Shown here piece after piece: positions 48,596 through 52,362 of a stretch of DNA of 52,362 bases; position 1 is the stretch's first letter; every line of letters starts with the position of its first letter. Where the stretch lies: positions 1-52,362 of the IMG/VR virus record IMGVR_UViG_3300043673_000008, one strand, 5' to 3'. The notes under the pieces were generated by a model, which was given only the letters and a program-made list of their open reading frames with translations, was not told the origin of the DNA and ran no database searches. The position numbers and the translations under genes were made by a program. The DNA is from a virus. Its lineage: Duplodnaviria; Caudoviricetes.

Positions 48596-48722
48596 GAGAG
48601 AAACCAGGCTTTAAAAAATGGTGGGAAAATCTTGGTCGTATCTATTCCTACCAAGTAACACCGAGGGAGCTTTGCGCAGCGGCTTTTGCAGCCGGACTTC
48701 GTGAAGGAAGGAAACCCAACCC

Positions 48723-48944
48723 ATGACCAACCCCGGCGAGACGGTGGATATTCGCGGCATAGTTAAAGCTGCCAGAGCCGTTGCGCGCGATCCTGGCTCG
48801 GCAGACCTTCGCGGCGCACTCAAGGGTATGTTGAATGTTTATGACGAACTCACCCGCCTCCGCGCCATCGCGCCGGTGACGGAGGAAATGGTGGAGCGGT
48901 TCTGCCGGGACTTGCTCGCGCTGACCACTCCTGTATTATTGTAA
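48723..48944 (+). CDS. Hypothetical protein
   Basis: AGGA RBS; VTEEMVER motif. Confidence 0.5.
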   Translation: MTNPGETVDIRGIVKAARAVARDPGSADLRGALKGMLNVYDELTRLRAIAPVTEEMVERFCRDLLALTTPVLL

Positions 48945-48969
48945 CTCAAACCACCGAAGGAACCGCACA

Positions 48970-50547
48970 ATGCCGAGAATGGACACAGACCTTTCCGCCA
49001 CGCAGATCGTCGCCTTTGGCGTGGCTCTCGGCGGTATTGCACCGCCTGTGGCTCCTGTGGGATCGACGACACCGCCAGCGGGCACTGACCCGAACGTCTA
49101 TCCCCTGATGCCGGATACCGGCGCGACGGGCGACATCACGCTGGGCGTGGCGATCGCTGGTGTGACCAAGGCGTTCGCGTTTCGGGTTTCTAATCCGCCC
49201 CAGGCGACAGTCAAGTCACAATTCAACATCGCCATGAACATCAATACGCCGGGGGCCAAACTCCTGGCGCAGAACATCGTCGTAACCAGCAATGCTGGCG
49301 AGGGGCAGGGGCAGCTTATCACCATCAACGGGATATTCGGCGACGCTCCTATCCTCTACCTGATCGGCTCTGGCTCCGGGTTGCAGGATTGCTTCATCAG
49401 CGGCATGACTTACGGTGGCCTGCCATACTATGATTTTAGCCTGGACAACAGCCGCAGCAGCGTTGCTGACTTCGATGGCGTCTCCATATACAACTCGTCG
49501 CACGCGCAGACGCTTGTAATCGGTCCGTGGCAAACTCCTGCGGTGCCTGTGGCCCCGGTTGCGGTGGATACCGCAATGGGAGCGTCGCTGACGCCCTCAG
49601 GCGGCGTCGCCTCGCCAGTGTCGGGCATCCTTTCGGCTCTGGCAGCGATGCTTCTCGCCGGATCAATCCTTTCGATCCCGGCTGGTGCATATGTTGGGAC
49701 AACCACTGTTGGGGTTGTCTCCACGATCGACGGCGCTGGTATGGGTAAGACGATCTTCAACCTGACCGGCCACGCCCTCTCGCAGAACAAATCGGCGTTC
49801 CTGTCCCTGGTGGGCGGCGCGACATACTCCAATATGTCGGTGACCGGCTGCGTCCTGGCAGATGCGCTTGGGGCCAATGGTGCCGCGTTTCGGGACGAGA
49901 GTAATAATGAAGGCTTCAACCTCCTGAACATCGAGGCTTACGGCAACGACAACGGTATCCTCACGTTCGGCTCGGATATCAACCTCACCGGGTGTAACTT
50001 CCACGGCAATGGCAGCACCGAGCCATCCGGCATCGGCCACACGCACAACAAGTATGTTGGCGGTAATGGCAGCGTCATCACCAATCCCGATGGCACGGTC
50101 ACCATCACTCCATCGACTAATCACCTGACCATGAAGTCCTGCATCGGTTCGGCAGCGAACGGCGGACACGACACCAAGAGCAGGGCTGGCTATACCAATA
50201 TACTGAACGACAACTCGACGACAGGGGGCAATGGTCGCAATTTAGACGTGCCTGATGGCGGCGTGGTTTCGGTCTCAGGGGGGACTTGGACGATCCCTGC
50301 TGGCTCAGCTAACCTCGTCTGGTTCGGCCATTCGACCGAGAGCAAGAACAATGCAGCGACGGGGAAGTCGATCACCTTCACCAATCATGCCTTCGTCAAC
50401 CTGACCGGCCAGCCCGGCTATATGGTCTTTGGCGACAGCACAGTGATCGTGAACTTCGTAGGCTGTACATGGCCGCAGGGCATGGCGGTGTTCCAGGGCG
50501 CTCCTACGATCATCATGGATGGCGTGCCATACGTGATACCGGCATGA
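48970..50547 (+). CDS. Right-handed beta-helix (pectin-lyase-like) protein
   Basis: IPAGAY, NDNGIL, GHTHNKYVG, GHDTKSRA, DVPDGG motifs. Confidence 0.7.
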   Translation: MPRMDTDLSATQIVAFGVALGGIAPPVAPVGSTTPPAGTDPNVYPLMPDTGATGDITLGVAIAGVTKAFAFRVSNPPQATVKSQFNIAMNINTPGAKLLAQNIVVTSNAGEGQGQLITINGIFGDAPILYLIGSGSGLQDCFISGMTYGGLPYYDFSLDNSRSSVADFDGVSIYNSSHAQTLVIGPWQTPAVPVAPVAVDTAMGASLTPSGGVASPVSGILSALAAMLLAGSILSIPAGAYVGTTTVGVVSTIDGAGMGKTIFNLTGHALSQNKSAFLSLVGGATYSNMSVTGCVLADALGANGAAFRDESNNEGFNLLNIEAYGNDNGILTFGSDINLTGCNFHGNGSTEPSGIGHTHNKYVGGNGSVITNPDGTVTITPSTNHLTMKSCIGSAANGGHDTKSRAGYTNILNDNSTTGGNGRNLDVPDGGVVSVSGGTWTIPAGSANLVWFGHSTESKNNAATGKSITFTNHAFVNLTGQPGYMVFGDSTVIVNFVGCTWPQGMAVFQGAPTIIMDGVPYVIPA

Positions 50548-50617
50548 AGCTCACCACATTCGTTTGCCTATTGATCGTGGCAGCGTGGGTTCTGGTCGCC
50601 GTAACGGTGGCCGGGCC

Positions 50618-50911
50618 ATGATCGGGAGGATCACGTTGTTGCTCGGCATTGCTCTACCTATGACATATTGGGCTGGGCATTCTGTTGGAGCAAATTCAGC
50701 TTATGATGTTGGGTTTGATCGCGGATGGTACAGTGGAATAGACCGGGGGCACGATGAACAATCGCGCGCCGACATTGATCAGATCGAGAGTGGGAGCGCC
50801 CGCACCGAGACTGTGATCCGCAAGCGCGGCATATGCTTTTATGCTCGAAATCTCTGCGATACGGAGGGTGACCATCCACATGCTCGGCGGGTTTCCAATG
50901 TCCAGCGCTGA
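50618..50911 (+). CDS. Small membrane-anchored protein
   Basis: N-terminal TM segment followed by G-Y/F-xxG repeats. Confidence 0.5.
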   Translation: MIGRITLLLGIALPMTYWAGHSVGANSAYDVGFDRGWYSGIDRGHDEQSRADIDQIESGSARTETVIRKRGICFYARNLCDTEGDHPHARRVSNVQR

Positions 50912-51119
50912 TGGTGATGTTCCCGCTCATGTGACCGAAGAACTAGGAAGCTTTGGGCTGCGTGTGATCGTTTAAGACCGGCGCTGGACACTATTGCGTC
51001 GAGTTAGCCTCGCCAGACGGCATCGGAACGTGTAAATGAAGTTGGCCGGGGAGCAAGAGCGATCCTCGCGCTATGGGGAACAATCGCTCGCAACTACGTC
51101 ATTACCTGAGGGGACTACG

Positions 51120-51293
51120 ATGTCGAACGGCAAGGAAAATACAGTCACAGTTCATAGCGTTAAGGCTGCGCTCGAAGCAGAAGTGAAGCGCAACGTCGTC
51201 GGTGGCGACATGAGAGCAAAGCTGTCCGATCGGCGCGCATGTCAGGCCCAAGCAGTCTATCTGCGCAAATTGATCGACAAGATTTTTTCCTAA
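51120..51293 (+). CDS. Hypothetical protein
   Basis: AGGGGACTAC RBS motif shared with the genes at 38547 and 43409. Confidence 0.55.
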   Translation: MSNGKENTVTVHSVKAALEAEVKRNVVGGDMRAKLSDRRACQAQAVYLRKLIDKIFS

Positions 51294-51298
51294 TCGCG

Positions 51299-51365
51299 TG
51301 TGTTCTAGGGGTCCAAATTAGCCTTTTGCCTCGCCGCCCCATGTGTTCTGGAAACGCAAATTAGC
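51299..51365 (+). promoter_or_regulatory. Tandem TGTGTTCT-N7-CAAATTAGC motifs, copies 2 and 3
   Basis: Direct repeat in the intergenic region before the early genes. Confidence 0.5.
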
Positions 51366-51657
51366 GTCCAGGGTCGATGGTGCGCGGGGCTATCGGTATG
51401 GTTAATTCGTCTTCATCGTCAATTGGTTAGCGCTTGTTAACCTTAATCCACAGTAAGGTTAATGTACATTAGCTTTGGCACGCGGTTTGCTCCCTGCAAG
51501 TGGTGCGCCGGTTCATGGTCAATTGCTAAGATTTAATCCGTATACGTCCCTTGACTTATGTTCCGCACGAGTAAGGAAAAATTTACCAGCCGCGCAACAT
51601 AGCTTTGCATCGCGGCGGATTGGTCCCTATATTCGACTATCAACAGTGGGGACGAAA

Positions 51658-51873
51658 ATGATCCGAGATATTAAAACAGAAGTAGCCAGCCTGCCGCCAT
51701 CGGGCCGCGCGTTGTTTCTCGCGTTTGGTTTCGCGCGCCGCGTTGGCCAGCCTGTCTATATGTACCGCACGCCCAAGGGCTTTTGTTTCGACGTGGCCTC
51801 GCCGGTTATGGGAGAACGCTGGGTGGCACAGCCTGATGGAAAGTTTTTGCATATTTCCGGGCCGGTCACATAA
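51658..51873 (+). CDS. Hypothetical early protein
   Basis: GGGG RBS, 71 aa. Confidence 0.5.
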   Translation: MIRDIKTEVASLPPSGRALFLAFGFARRVGQPVYMYRTPKGFCFDVASPVMGERWVAQPDGKFLHISGPVT

Positions 51874-51935
51874 GCGGTAACGCTTTGTTAAGACCTGCCG
51901 CGCTATCATCATCCTGTCAACAGAGAGGCCATTAC

Positions 51936-52034
51936 ATGAAACCGCTAAATCATACCGCCGAATATACCAAGCTCATTCTTCAACAGCTTTATGCCGCCAA
52001 GTTGGCTCGCAAAATCAAGCAGGGGGCTATTTAA
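51936..52034 (+). CDS. Small hypothetical protein
   Basis: GAGG RBS, 32 aa, TAATG coupling to the next gene. Confidence 0.45.
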   Translation: MKPLNHTAEYTKLILQQLYAAKLARKIKQGAI

Positions 52035-52362
52035 TGAATATTATGGTGACAATCCCTTTCTTATCTTGGGCTCACAGAGCCCCACTGTCATTTGAAATTG
52101 ACGCTTCTATAGAAGCCCAGTTTCATTTGCGCGCGGCCCTTGTTCAGGCAATAAAGTCCGGGGCGAATTTGACCGTGGCGTATTTGTCCGGGGCGAATTT
52201 GTACAGGGCGAATTTGTCCGGGGCGAATTTGTCCGGGGCGAATTTGACCGGGGCGAATTTGACCGGGGCGAATTTGACCGGGGCGAATTTGACCGGGGCG
52301 AATTTGACCGGGGCGAATTTGACCGGGGCGAATTTGACCGGGGCGAAAAACTCTGAACAAGC
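52034..52362 (+). CDS. Pentapeptide-repeat protein, 5' part (joins 1-485)
   Basis: MNIMVTIPF...[18 protein letters not shown]; open to the end of the contig. Confidence 0.85.
   Translation, partial: MNIMVTIPFLSWAHRAPLSFEIDASIEAQFHLRAALVQAIKSGANLTVAYLSGANLYRANLSGANLSGANLTGANLTGANLTGANLTGANLTGANLTGANLTGAKNSEQ
52157..52346 (+). repeat. 15-bp tandem repeat, about 12 units
   Basis: Same unit as 1-150. Confidence 0.97.

Overview
Apparently complete, circularly permuted ~52.4 kb genome of a lytic siphovirus-type tailed phage. The host is most likely an alphaproteobacterium (inferred from the GTA-like tail tip, GANTC avoidance and TTAACCAT sites). Essentially all real genes are on the + strand, and the contig opens and closes inside the same 15-bp-repeat pentapeptide gene. 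Gene order: small early genes; AT-rich control/packaging region; terminase; Mu-like portal; collagen/Ser-Thr-rich head accessory genes; protease-scaffold; cement; major capsid; a large GT-B/methyltransferase/GT-A fusion; neck; tail tube; frameshifted tail chaperones; tape measure; GTA-like tail tip; lysis cassette containing a metallophosphoesterase; replication module (SNF2 and UvrD helicases, AEP primase, HD hydrolase, dNTP diphosphohydrolase-like protein, DEDDh exonuclease, DnaE); accessory genes (ClpP-like, MazG-like, beta-helix protein). I recognised no integrase, repressor, tRNA or CRISPR array. The strongest candidates for new biology are a single-polypeptide virion glycosylation/methylation enzyme with its own structured leader, near-complete genome-wide GANTC avoidance, a TTAA-N11-TTAA site array upstream of the terminase, and structured non-coding elements between terminase and portal. 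All calls come from reading motifs by eye; no database searches were run.
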